NCBI GenBank assembly: GCA_041671365.1 | Contig: JBAZBP010000003.1 | Coordinates: 34,017-98,016, forward strand | Length of the DNA stretch: 64,000 nucleotides | From: Patescibacteria group bacterium | GTDB taxonomy: Bacteria; Patescibacteriota; Patescibacteriia; Patescibacteriales; UBA12465 | Direction: 5' to 3' | Shown here: in pieces, positions 53,174-62,210 of the stretch | Layout: each line of letters starts with the position of its first letter | Numbering within the stretch: position 1 is the stretch's first letter | Made by a program: the position numbers and the translations under genes | The notes under the pieces: model-generated | The model's input: the letters and a program-made list of their open reading frames with translations, nothing else | What the model was told of the DNA's origin: nothing | The model's database searches: none

Positions 53174-53500
53174 TTATTTTTTATCATTTAAACTCAAGTG
53201 GCGGACAATATCGGTTAAATTTCTATCCAATTTAGCCAGATTAAGCTGCAGGTGAAAAACTAAATAAAACAAAATAAGAACCGCTAAATAAATTAAAAAA
53301 TTAATACTGCCGCCGGAGAAGCCGAGCCAAGCGACCAAGCGATCCAGTTCTTTAATGAAGATAATGGCGACGGCCGCTAATAGCCAGAAAATTAGCCACA
53401 AAACTAATTCTTTGTTATTGATGTCCTTTTTCTTTTTTTGTTCGCTTAGTCTGAAAACAAAAAACAGGATGATAATAATAGCGATAACTTGCTGTAGCAT
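53174..53500 (-). CDS. Small membrane protein, DUF2304-like (typical GT2 partner)
   Basis: 108 aa with hydrophobic helices plus a C-terminal amphipathic tail (LAKLDRNLTDIVRHLSL). It lies immediately downstream of a GT2 gene, the usual context of this family as I recall it. Confidence 0.45.
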   Translation of the reverse strand: MLQQVIAIIIILFFVFRLSEQKKKKDINNKELVLWLIFWLLAAVAIIFIKELDRLVAWLGFSGGSINFLIYLAVLILFYLVFHLQLNLAKLDRNLTDIVRHLSLNDKK

Positions 53501-53504
53501 ATAT

Positions 53505-54167
53505 TTATTTGATTATTTTATGGATTAATAAATCTTTGGCAATTTGCAGTCCGCCGCTCAATTTTTGACCGAATTCATGATAAATAACGGTAACTGGCAC
53601 TTCGACTACTCTTAATTTTTGTTGAAAGGCTTTGGACTGGATTTCGCTGGCGTGCGCCATGGCGCGATTATCAATCTGAATTACTTGAGCAGCTTGGCGG
53701 CTTAAAGCTCGGAAACCATTTTGGGAGTCGCTAAGCTTTATGCCTAGAAAAAATCTAGTAAAAATTTGCGCCAGGGGATTAATTATATATTTTTTTATCG
53801 GAGGAAAATTAGCTTTTTTTCCTAAAAAGCGTGAGCCAAAAACTATATCCGCCCGCGCCTCAACTAACGGTTGGATCATGTCCGGTATTTCACTGGCCAA
53901 GAATTGATCGTCGGCGTCAAAATGAACAATGATATCGGCGCCGTGCCGGAGAGCGTAATCGTTCCCGGTTTGCAGAGCGGCGCCTTGGCCGCGGTTAATA
54001 TGGTGATGCAAAACCGTGGCGCCGGCGGCCGCCGCTAGCACAGCGGTACTGTCCCGAGAATTATCGTCCACGACCACTATTTCCTGGACATAGGGGCGAA
54101 CGCCGGCAATTACTCGAGTAATATTGGCCTCTTCATTAAAGGCGGGAATAACGCAGACTATGTTCAT
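53505..54167 (-). CDS. Glycosyltransferase family 2 (polyprenyl-phosphate glycosyltransferase-like)
   Basis: CVIPAFNEEANI...VVVDDNSRDST...FDADDQF are classic GT2 DxD features. At 220 aa it resembles the soluble-type Dpm1/GtrB catalytic core. Confidence 0.85.
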   Translation of the reverse strand: MNIVCVIPAFNEEANITRVIAGVRPYVQEIVVVDDNSRDSTAVLAAAAGATVLHHHINRGQGAALQTGNDYALRHGADIIVHFDADDQFLASEIPDMIQPLVEARADIVFGSRFLGKKANFPPIKKYIINPLAQIFTRFFLGIKLSDSQNGFRALSRQAAQVIQIDNRAMAHASEIQSKAFQQKLRVVEVPVTVIYHEFGQKLSGGLQIAKDLLIHKIIK

Positions 54168-55030
54168 AATTTTAAAATTCCAAATTGCCCGATAATTTGG
54201 CGGGTTAAATGAGAAGAGGTGGCCGTGGCCTGCTTAAGAGGAATCAAGCGTTGGTTAATAATCATTCGCAAACTATCAGCTTTTAATTTTTGGGGGAGGG
54301 GAAGCTTTTTTATTTTATCCATTATTTCCGTGGAATTAGCGGCGGTTAATGTGCCGATTACTAAACGACCGCTGGCGGCGGTTAAGAGAGCCTCGGATAG
54401 CGCCCAATCCTCATCTAAACTATCGGCCAAAATTATATCCGAATCGTGACGTCTAATTTTTTCCCAGTTAGTTTTTGTTGGTTTTAATAGGTTAACTCCC
54501 GGAATTGATTCGAGCGGCCTCAGTCCTAAAAAATATAAGTTTAGCGAGGGTTTGTTAAGCATAACGAGCAAAGCGTGAAGTGTGGTGCTTTTGCCGCCAC
54601 CGGGAAGGGAACCAATAATAATTAAGCCGGAGCGGCGAATTAAAATTTTTTTGACCGCTCGTAAATCTTCGGTTCGCAAACCCAGTTGATTAAGGCGCCA
54701 AACTTTTTTTGGCTGTTTAATCAGATTAATAATAATTTTTTCCTGATCTTTTTCGGGTAGAATCGTTAAATAGATCGGCAGGTAACTATTTTTATGAGGA
54801 ATTTTGTGATATTTTTTTGTTACGAGTTCGCCGGCACCGATAGATAAAATAGAATTCAGGGCGATAAAAAAACTAGCTTCTAATTTTTTAGGTAAGGTTA
54901 AACGGCGCAATTCACCGTCCGGCAAATAACAGTCTAGAGAAACTTGCTGTGGTTGCCGGGAAATTACTAAATGTTCCGCTCCTTCCTGAACGGCGTAATT
55001 GAATAAATTGGTGATGATTTTTTTACTCAT
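54164..55030 (-). CDS. Truncated, motif-degenerate GspE/PilB-type secretion ATPase homologue
   Basis: The N2-like start is AVQEGAEHLVIS. The P-loop is variant (GSLPGGGKSTT), the Walker B/Asp-box region reads DSDIILADSLDE instead of DPDxIMVGEIRD, and the His-box region reads GRLVIGTLTAAN, lacking both His. There is a 4-nt overlap with the downstream GT2. Confidence 0.6.
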   Translation of the reverse strand: MSKKIITNLFNYAVQEGAEHLVISRQPQQVSLDCYLPDGELRRLTLPKKLEASFFIALNSILSIGAGELVTKKYHKIPHKNSYLPIYLTILPEKDQEKIIINLIKQPKKVWRLNQLGLRTEDLRAVKKILIRRSGLIIIGSLPGGGKSTTLHALLVMLNKPSLNLYFLGLRPLESIPGVNLLKPTKTNWEKIRRHDSDIILADSLDEDWALSEALLTAASGRLVIGTLTAANSTEIMDKIKKLPLPQKLKADSLRMIINQRLIPLKQATATSSHLTRQIIGQFGILKL

Positions 55031-55108
55031 ATTATTTTAATTATAGCATGGTTTTGTATTATTTTAAAATATGATAAACTAACAGTAATAGATTATTTGT
55101 TTACTTTT

Positions 55109-55522
55109 ATGGCTTATTCTAATTTTTATGCTCGTTTTTATGATTTGAATCAACGGATTGGTTCGTCTTTTGCCGCGGTTTGGCGTTTTCGTCCCAGTCG
55201 TTTTTATTTATTAACTTGGGGATTATTACATATAATCGTCTGGTGGCAGGCTATTTTTATTTTTCGTAATTTGATCGGTAATTTTTTGGTCTTGCATTAT
55301 AATGTTGATTTTGGCGTTGATTTAGTCGGCGATCCGGTGCAAATTCTTTATTATCCCCTCTACGCTTTAGGTATCGGAATAATTAATTTAATTATTGTGG
55401 CCGCTTTGAATCAAAATAAAGATTTTCGTATTTTTGTTCATCTCTTATTGGCCACGGCGGTTTTGTTCGCTTTATTTTTAAATTTAGTTTTACTTTTTAT
55501 TTATTTGATTAATTTTAAATAA
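55109..55522 (+). CDS. Small polytopic membrane protein of unknown function
   Basis: There are four hydrophobic segments and no motif I recognise. I prefer ATG 55109 over the track TTG 55097. It lies directly upstream of mraY. Confidence 0.4.
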   Translation: MAYSNFYARFYDLNQRIGSSFAAVWRFRPSRFYLLTWGLLHIIVWWQAIFIFRNLIGNFLVLHYNVDFGVDLVGDPVQILYYPLYALGIGIINLIIVAALNQNKDFRIFVHLLLATAVLFALFLNLVLLFIYLINFK

Positions 55523-55530
55523 GATAATTT

Positions 55531-56580
55531 ATGCTGGAATTCCCGATCGTTAAAATTTTATTTTTTGCGACCCTAGCTTTTATTTTTGCCGTTTCTTTGA
55601 CTCCGCTTTTGAGTCACTTTTTGTATAAATATAAATTAGGCAAGAAAATTCGCAATAATGGTTCGACGCCGATATTTACCGAATTGCATGCCCATAAGGA
55701 CGGCACCCCGACCATGGGCGGTATATTAATTTGGGGAACGGTATTAAGTTTTGTTTTGGTGTTTTCTATTTTTAGCAGTTTATGGCCGGATAGTTTTTGG
55801 ACGCAGTTAAATTTTCTGTCTAGACAGGAAACTTTACTTCCGCTGGGCGCTTTAATTATCACCGCTCTTATCGGTTTGTTTGATGATTGGTTGGATGTGC
55901 GCGGTAAAGGAGTGGCTGGCGGCGGCGGTCTTAAATTAAGACATCGCCTGCTGATTTATACTCTCATTGCCGTAGTCGGCTCTTTGTGGTTTTACTATAA
56001 ATTAAGTTGGACGGTTTTTCATGTCCCATTCTTTGGCAATTTTGAAATTGGCGCTTGGTATATCCCGATTTTTATTTTTATGATTGTGGCCACCGCTTTT
56101 TCGGTCAATGAAACCGACGGTTTGGACGGTTTGGCCGGAGGGACCCTGTTGACTGCTTTTTCTGCCTACGGAGTAATTTCCTATACTCTCGGTCGTTATA
56201 ATTTAGCGATTTTTTGTGCCATAATTATTGGTTCTTTATTGGCTTTTTTATGGTTTAATATTCCGCCGGCACGTTTTTATTTGGGTGATACCGGCGCCAT
56301 GAGTCTGGGCGTTACCCTGGGCATAATTGCGATGCTAACGAATAGTTCGTTGCTCTTAATATTTATCGGTTTTATCTTTTTAGCGGAATCATTGTCGGTT
56401 ATCATTCAAATTTTATCTAAAAAACTACGAGGAAAAAAAATCTGGTTATCATCGCCGATTCATCATCATTTTCAAGCTATCGGTTGGCCGGAGGCTAAAG
56501 TGGTTATGCGTTTTTGGGTTATTTCGGCGGTCGGTGCGGCAATCGGTTTAATTATTTTTTTAGTGGATCGTAAAATTTAG
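55531..56580 (+). CDS. mraY: Phospho-N-acetylmuramoyl-pentapeptide transferase
   Basis: HAHKDGTPTMGGILIW, DDWLDV, NETDGLDGLAGG and the SSPIHHHF motif. Confidence 0.95.
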   Translation: MLEFPIVKILFFATLAFIFAVSLTPLLSHFLYKYKLGKKIRNNGSTPIFTELHAHKDGTPTMGGILIWGTVLSFVLVFSIFSSLWPDSFWTQLNFLSRQETLLPLGALIITALIGLFDDWLDVRGKGVAGGGGLKLRHRLLIYTLIAVVGSLWFYYKLSWTVFHVPFFGNFEIGAWYIPIFIFMIVATAFSVNETDGLDGLAGGTLLTAFSAYGVISYTLGRYNLAIFCAIIIGSLLAFLWFNIPPARFYLGDTGAMSLGVTLGIIAMLTNSSLLLIFIGFIFLAESLSVIIQILSKKLRGKKIWLSSPIHHHFQAIGWPEAKVVMRFWVISAVGAAIGLIIFLVDRKI

Positions 56581-56590
56581 TTTTTTATTT

Positions 56591-57724
56591 ATGTGGCGAC
56601 GTCTGAAGAAAAAATTATTAATGGTGAGATCGGGCGAACATGAGCCGGACACTAGCTTGTTGACGGCTTTAGGTTTGTTGATTGTTTTTGGCTTAGTGAT
56701 GCTTTTTAGCGCCTCATCGGTTGTTTCTTATACTAAATTTGGCAATACTTATCATTATTTCGTATCCCAACTCTTTAGTTTAGGAGTCGGCTTGGTTGCT
56801 TTTTTGGTTACCATGCGGGTAGATTACCACCGGTGGAAGAAATTTGCCGGCTTTTTTCTAGGTTTTTCTATTTTTCTTTTATTTTTAGTCTTTGTGCCGG
56901 GTTTACGCGCTGATTATGGCACGGCACGCAGCTGGATTGTTATTTTCGGTTATTCATTTCAGACTTCGGAATTGGTTAAAATTTTCTTTTTGATTTATTT
57001 GGCCACTTGGTTGGAAGCCAGACAGTCGGATTTAGGGAATTTTATGAATAGCGTCGTACCCTTTTTAACTACGCTAAGTGTTATTGGCCTACTCATGATT
57101 GCTCAACCTAATTTGGGAACTTTATTTATTATTACTTTTACTTCCTTGGTGGTTTTTTTTGTCGGCGGCGGCCGCCTAACTCATTTAATTTTCATTATTT
57201 TGTTAGGAGCCGCGGCTTTATCATTGATGCTTGTGCTAAGACCTTCTTACCAGACTGATCGCTTTAAATGTTTGCAAGATTTAAGTTTTAGTCCTCAAGA
57301 CAAATGTTATCAAGTTAGTCAGTCGCTGATTGCGGTCGGGTCCGGGGGCCTTTTCGGCCGCGGCCTGGGTGCCAGTCGTCAAAAATTTTTATATTTGCCG
57401 GAAGTTTGGGCCGATTCTATTTTTCCTATTATCGCCGAGGAAACCGGTTTTGTGTTCAGCGCCCTATTAATTCTTTTGTATTTGTTTATTTTTTATCGCG
57501 GTTTGTTAATCGCTCGGGCGGCGCCCGATTTGTATGGCAGCATGTTGTCCATAGGTATAATCGTCTGGTTTGCCACTCAGAGTTTTATGAATATCGGCGG
57601 AATGATTAATTTAATTCCGATGACCGGCGTGCCGCTGCCTTTTATCTCCGCGGGCGGATCGGCCGCTCTTTCTTCTTTGATTGCCTTTGGTATTTTAATT
57701 AATATCAGCAAACAGACCAAATAA
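56591..57724 (+). CDS. ftsW: FtsW/RodA/SpoVE (SEDS) family peptidoglycan polymerase
   Basis: A polytopic protein with FQTSELVKIF..., LPEVWADSIFPIIAEETGF and the PMTGVPLPFISAGGSA C-terminal signature. It sits between mraY and murG. Confidence 0.9.
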   Translation: MWRRLKKKLLMVRSGEHEPDTSLLTALGLLIVFGLVMLFSASSVVSYTKFGNTYHYFVSQLFSLGVGLVAFLVTMRVDYHRWKKFAGFFLGFSIFLLFLVFVPGLRADYGTARSWIVIFGYSFQTSELVKIFFLIYLATWLEARQSDLGNFMNSVVPFLTTLSVIGLLMIAQPNLGTLFIITFTSLVVFFVGGGRLTHLIFIILLGAAALSLMLVLRPSYQTDRFKCLQDLSFSPQDKCYQVSQSLIAVGSGGLFGRGLGASRQKFLYLPEVWADSIFPIIAEETGFVFSALLILLYLFIFYRGLLIARAAPDLYGSMLSIGIIVWFATQSFMNIGGMINLIPMTGVPLPFISAGGSAALSSLIAFGILINISKQTK

Positions 57725-57727
57725 AGT

Positions 57728-58852
57728 ATGAATAAGACTCTTAAAATTGGTAAAAATATTTTATTTTGCGGCGGTGGCACCGGCGGGTCAGTCACGCCGC
57801 TTTTAGCAGTGGCTGAAGAATTATGGCATGAAAATCAAGGTTTTGATCAAAAATTAATTTTTGTTGGCAATTATGATGGTCCAGAAAGGGAAATGGTTGC
57901 CGCCTTTAATGCGAATATCGGGAAAATGAAATATATTCCGCTTATTAGCGGTAAGTGGCGCCGTTATTTTTCATTGCAAAATTTTTTTGATATTTTTAAA
58001 ATTATTATCGCTTATTTCCAGTCGTTTTCTTTACTGCGCCGAGAGCAGCCGGGTTTAATTGTTAGCGCTGGCGGTTTTATTAGCGTCCCGCTAGTTTGGG
58101 CTGCTGCAACAAAAAAAATTCCGATTTTAATTCATCAACAAGACGTCCGTGCTGGTCTGGCTAATAAATTAATGGCACCATTTGCTCGAGTTGTTACAGT
58201 TACTTTTGAAAAATCTTTACTTGACTATGGAATTAAAGCGATTTGGATTGGTAATCCGGTGAAACAATTGTCATTAGCCGATCAAGAATTAAAAATAGAA
58301 GCAATTAAAAATAAGTATAGTTTGCTAGAATCGAAACCGTTGGTACTGGTCGTTGGCGGTGGAACCGGATCGGCTGCAATTAATAATTTAATTTTTAGGG
58401 CCGCCTCGGAGTTAAGCGAATTTTGTCAGTTACTGCATTTAACCGGGTCGGGTAAATTACCATCTAATATAAATGGTTCGGATTATTATCGGATCAGAGA
58501 AATTGTAACGCATCAAGACATCTTAGAATTAATGATGGCGGCCGAAGTGGTTGTTTCTCGTTGCGGATTAGCTTCTTTAACGGAACTGTCGGCGTTGAAT
58601 AAGCCGGCAATTTTAATACCGATTCCGAAGTCTCATCAGGAAGACAATGCGGCCGTTTTTTCTCGAGCCGAGGCCGCCATAGTTTTGAATCAAAACGAAT
58701 TAACATCGGAGAAATTAACGGTAGAAATTAAACGAATATTGAATGATGCCACCTTAAAAGAAAAGCTAAAAAATAATATTTCTAAAGTTATTAAAAAAGG
58801 AGCTACCCAAAATTTAACCGGAATAATTGAAGAAATATTAAGTCGAAATTAA
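57728..58852 (+). CDS. murG: UDP-N-acetylglucosamine--N-acetylmuramyl-(pentapeptide) pyrophosphoryl-undecaprenol GlcNAc transferase
   Basis: FCGGGTGGSVTPLLAVAEEL (G-loop 1), VVGGGTGSAAIN, and ...RCGLASLTELSALNKPAILIP...HQEDNA. Confidence 0.9.
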   Translation: MNKTLKIGKNILFCGGGTGGSVTPLLAVAEELWHENQGFDQKLIFVGNYDGPEREMVAAFNANIGKMKYIPLISGKWRRYFSLQNFFDIFKIIIAYFQSFSLLRREQPGLIVSAGGFISVPLVWAAATKKIPILIHQQDVRAGLANKLMAPFARVVTVTFEKSLLDYGIKAIWIGNPVKQLSLADQELKIEAIKNKYSLLESKPLVLVVGGGTGSAAINNLIFRAASELSEFCQLLHLTGSGKLPSNINGSDYYRIREIVTHQDILELMMAAEVVVSRCGLASLTELSALNKPAILIPIPKSHQEDNAAVFSRAEAAIVLNQNELTSEKLTVEIKRILNDATLKEKLKNNISKVIKKGATQNLTGIIEEILSRN

Positions 58853-58854
58853 TT

Positions 58855-60285
58855 ATGTCTAAAAGTTTTCAAAAAAATAAGGTTATTTATTTTTTAGGCG
58901 TTAAAGGCGTGGGTATGACGATGCTGGCGCAATTTTTAGCCAAACAAGGTAATTTTGTTTCCGGTTCGGATATTTCCGACATTTTTTTAACCGATAAGGT
59001 TTTACGCCGCGCGAATATAAAAGTTACTACTCCTTTCGCCGCGCAAAATATTCCCGCTACGGTTGATTTAATAATTTATTCTTCCGCTTATAATGTTGGC
59101 AATAATTCGGAAATGCTTTTTATTAAAAATAACCCCGAACGTTTTAAAAATATTCCGGTTTTATCTTATGCCGCCGCTTTAGGGGCAGTTTTTAATCAAT
59201 ATTATGGCTTAGCGGTCTGTGGCAGCCACGGTAAAACTACAACGTCCGCTTGGCTCGGTTATGTCTTATGGCAAGCCGGAAAACGGCCGAATGTTTTGGT
59301 CGGTTCGGCTGTGCCGCAATTCGGCGGTAGCGGTCTGCAGGGTAGTTCCCGCTATCTTGTGGCCGAGGTCGATGAGTATCAAAATAAATTACAATATTTT
59401 TTTCCGCGGGGTGTTGTTTTAAATAATATTGATTATGATCATCCGGATTTTTTTAAAACCCCGGCGGACTATGTCAAAGTTTTCGCTGATTTTATTAAGA
59501 AGATTCCGCCGACGGGATTTTTAGTCCTGAACAACCATGATAAAAATATAAAAAAAATAAAAAAATATTGTCGCGCCTCAATCATCAGTTATGATTTGGC
59601 GGATAATGAATATGGCGCCGGCGCCGATTATCTGGCCTATGATTTAAAAGCTTATCAAGCTTATCAGATTTTTTCCGTCAGTTATCATGGTTATATTTTA
59701 GGTGAATTTAAAATAAGTCTGGGAGGAGAACATAATGTTTTTAATGCGCTGGCCGTCATTGCTGCCGCTCGTCGTCTGAAAGTTCCGCTGCCGAAAATTA
59801 AAAAACATCTAGCCGGTTTTCTGGGAACACGACGGCGGGCGGAAATTTTAGGTCGGTATCGCGGCGCCGTTATTATTGATGATTATGCCCATCATCCGAC
59901 GGAGATTAAGACGACTTTGCTCGGCTTGCGCGCGCGTTACGGTTCTCGCAATTTAATTACCGTTTTTCATCCCCATACCTTTACTCGGACTAAGGCTTTA
60001 TTTAAGAATTTTGTAGAAAGTTTTTCTGAAACTGATGAATTAATAATTTTAGATATTTATGGGTCGGCGCGTGAAAAACAAGGCGGAGTCTCCAGTCGAG
60101 AATTAGTGGCGGCTGTCAATAAATTTAATAAAATTCAGCGAGTGAAGCAAAGAGTTAAATATATCGCCACTACTGCTCAGGCGACGGTTTATTTACGAAA
60201 AAAGTTAAAAAATACTGATGTTTTGCTGCTCATGGGTGCCGGTGATGTTTTTCGGGTAGGCGAAGGATTATTAAAAAAAGTGTAA
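58855..60285 (+). CDS. murC: UDP-N-acetylmuramate--L-alanine ligase
   Basis: FLGVKGVGMTMLAQFL, the GSHGKTTTSAW P-loop, DDYAHHPTEI, and the Mur ligase C-domain. Confidence 0.92.
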   Translation: MSKSFQKNKVIYFLGVKGVGMTMLAQFLAKQGNFVSGSDISDIFLTDKVLRRANIKVTTPFAAQNIPATVDLIIYSSAYNVGNNSEMLFIKNNPERFKNIPVLSYAAALGAVFNQYYGLAVCGSHGKTTTSAWLGYVLWQAGKRPNVLVGSAVPQFGGSGLQGSSRYLVAEVDEYQNKLQYFFPRGVVLNNIDYDHPDFFKTPADYVKVFADFIKKIPPTGFLVLNNHDKNIKKIKKYCRASIISYDLADNEYGAGADYLAYDLKAYQAYQIFSVSYHGYILGEFKISLGGEHNVFNALAVIAAARRLKVPLPKIKKHLAGFLGTRRRAEILGRYRGAVIIDDYAHHPTEIKTTLLGLRARYGSRNLITVFHPHTFTRTKALFKNFVESFSETDELIILDIYGSAREKQGGVSSRELVAAVNKFNKIQRVKQRVKYIATTAQATVYLRKKLKNTDVLLLMGAGDVFRVGEGLLKKV

Positions 60286-60369
60286 CCTTAGACTAATTTT
60301 TCCGTATACTATTATAGTTATTACGTCGCCCAGGTTTAAAATTGGTGACTATTTGACGTTTATAATTTT

Positions 60370-62172
60370 ATGATTGTAAAAACTGGTTCACAAATAAACA
60401 GTAAGGAGAAAAAAGAAATTATACCTTGGAAGCGTTTTTGGGTAGAGTTTTGGCGGCTGCTTATTCCGTTTCAACATTATTTTTTGATGATCGCCGCGAC
60501 CACCGTCGTGTCGGCGGCTTTAAATTTAGTTAAACCGTATCTCTTAAAGTTATTAATTGACGGTTTAAACGGTTTTGACGCGGCCAATTTAATATTTTTG
60601 GGGCAGTTAATTGTTCTATATTTGGCCTCGGGCGAAGTTCTTTCCTTTATTCAGTATTTTAATGATCGCCGGATTCTTAAAATGTTAGTGGATATTGAAT
60701 ATTTTCTAGGCGTTAAAGCCCAAGGAAAACTAGTCGCCTTGAGCTTGGGTTATCACGAAAAGGAAAACACCGGCAGCAAGATTATAAAAATTGAACGCGG
60801 TGTCGATAAAATTTCGGATTTTTTAAACAATGTTTTTTATGAAGTTTTACCGACTTCATTACAGTTGAGTTTTACGCTGGGCGCTTTATTTTGGACGAAC
60901 TGGCGAATCGGCGCCTCGTTTTTGTTTTTCGCCACATTTTTTATTACCATTACCTATTGGTCGAATAAGCGGATGTATCCGATTCGAAAATCTATTTATC
61001 GCGATTACGAAATAGCTTCCGGTAAAATGGGGCAAGCAATCATTAATATTAATGCCGTTCAATCTTTTGTTCAGGAGAAGCGAGAATTGGCGGAGTTTGA
61101 TAAGATTAAAAACCAGATTCGCGATAACGAAAACAAGCAGTGGGGTTGGATGATGAAAGTTGGTTTAAGCCGCAACGTTATTGTCGACTTAGGACGAGCC
61201 GTGGTGCTGTTCCTGGGAGTCTATTTGGTTTATCAAAAAAGTATTAGTGTCGGGACTTTAATTTTTGCTTTTACACTTAGCGAAACGGCTTACGGTTCCT
61301 TATATCGTCTTTCGCGTTTTTATGATCGAATGGAAGAAGGACGCGAAGGAGTTAACCGTTTACTCGGTTTGTTTAATTCCGAGAGCGAGATTATTAATAA
61401 GCCGAAAGCTTACAAACCGAAAACAATTATCGGCGAGATTAAGTTCGAAAATGTAGCTTTCTATTATGGCGAGAATAAACGACCGGCGGTACAGACTCTT
61501 AATTTTAAAATTAATTCCGGCTGCGTCACCGCCCTGGTTGGTCCTTCGGGCGGCGGAAAAACTACGGTCGCCCGCTTACTTTATCGTCATTATGATCCCC
61601 AAAAGGGTCGGGTGATTTTGGACGGTAAGGATTTGCGAGATTATGATCTCCCTGGTTTTAGGAAGTTTTTAGCGATTGTACCGCAGGAAGTGGAAATTTT
61701 TGATTTAAGCGTCGCCGAGAATATTGCCTATGCCCGGCCCCAAGCGAGTAAAAAAGAAATTTCGGCCGCCGCCCGGACGGCTAATGCGGAAGAATTTATT
61801 AATAAATTAGAAAAAGGTTATAACACCATGGTCGGAGAACGAGGGATAAAGCTTTCCGGCGGCCAGCGCCAGCGTATCGGTATCGCTCGGGCGGTTTTAG
61901 CTAATCCGCGAATTTTAATTTTTGATGAAGCGACATCCAATTTAGACAGCCAGAGCGAAGTATTAATTCAGGATGCGATCGAAAAGATTAGCCACGGCCG
62001 GACGATGATTATTATTGCTCATCGTTTGAGCACGATAAAACGAGCGGATAAAATTATTGTTTTAGAAAATGGTCAAGTCGCCGAAGAAGGCAATCATGCC
62101 TCATTAGCTCGAGCCAATGGCGGTTTATATGCCAAACTCTTAAAATTACAGTCTTTGGGCGATATTGAATAA
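60370..62172 (+). CDS. ABC transporter, fused permease/ATPase exporter (MsbA-like type I exporter)
   Basis: A six-helix TMD is followed by an NBD with GPSGGGKTT (Walker A), LSGGQRQR (signature) and ILIFDEATSNLD (Walker B). Confidence 0.9.
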   Translation: MIVKTGSQINSKEKKEIIPWKRFWVEFWRLLIPFQHYFLMIAATTVVSAALNLVKPYLLKLLIDGLNGFDAANLIFLGQLIVLYLASGEVLSFIQYFNDRRILKMLVDIEYFLGVKAQGKLVALSLGYHEKENTGSKIIKIERGVDKISDFLNNVFYEVLPTSLQLSFTLGALFWTNWRIGASFLFFATFFITITYWSNKRMYPIRKSIYRDYEIASGKMGQAIININAVQSFVQEKRELAEFDKIKNQIRDNENKQWGWMMKVGLSRNVIVDLGRAVVLFLGVYLVYQKSISVGTLIFAFTLSETAYGSLYRLSRFYDRMEEGREGVNRLLGLFNSESEIINKPKAYKPKTIIGEIKFENVAFYYGENKRPAVQTLNFKINSGCVTALVGPSGGGKTTVARLLYRHYDPQKGRVILDGKDLRDYDLPGFRKFLAIVPQEVEIFDLSVAENIAYARPQASKKEISAAARTANAEEFINKLEKGYNTMVGERGIKLSGGQRQRIGIARAVLANPRILIFDEATSNLDSQSEVLIQDAIEKISHGRTMIIIAHRLSTIKRADKIIVLENGQVAEEGNHASLARANGGLYAKLLKLQSLGDIE

Positions 62173-62210
62173 TTTAGACTTTTAATAATTTTTTTATTAT
62201 AATATAAGTC

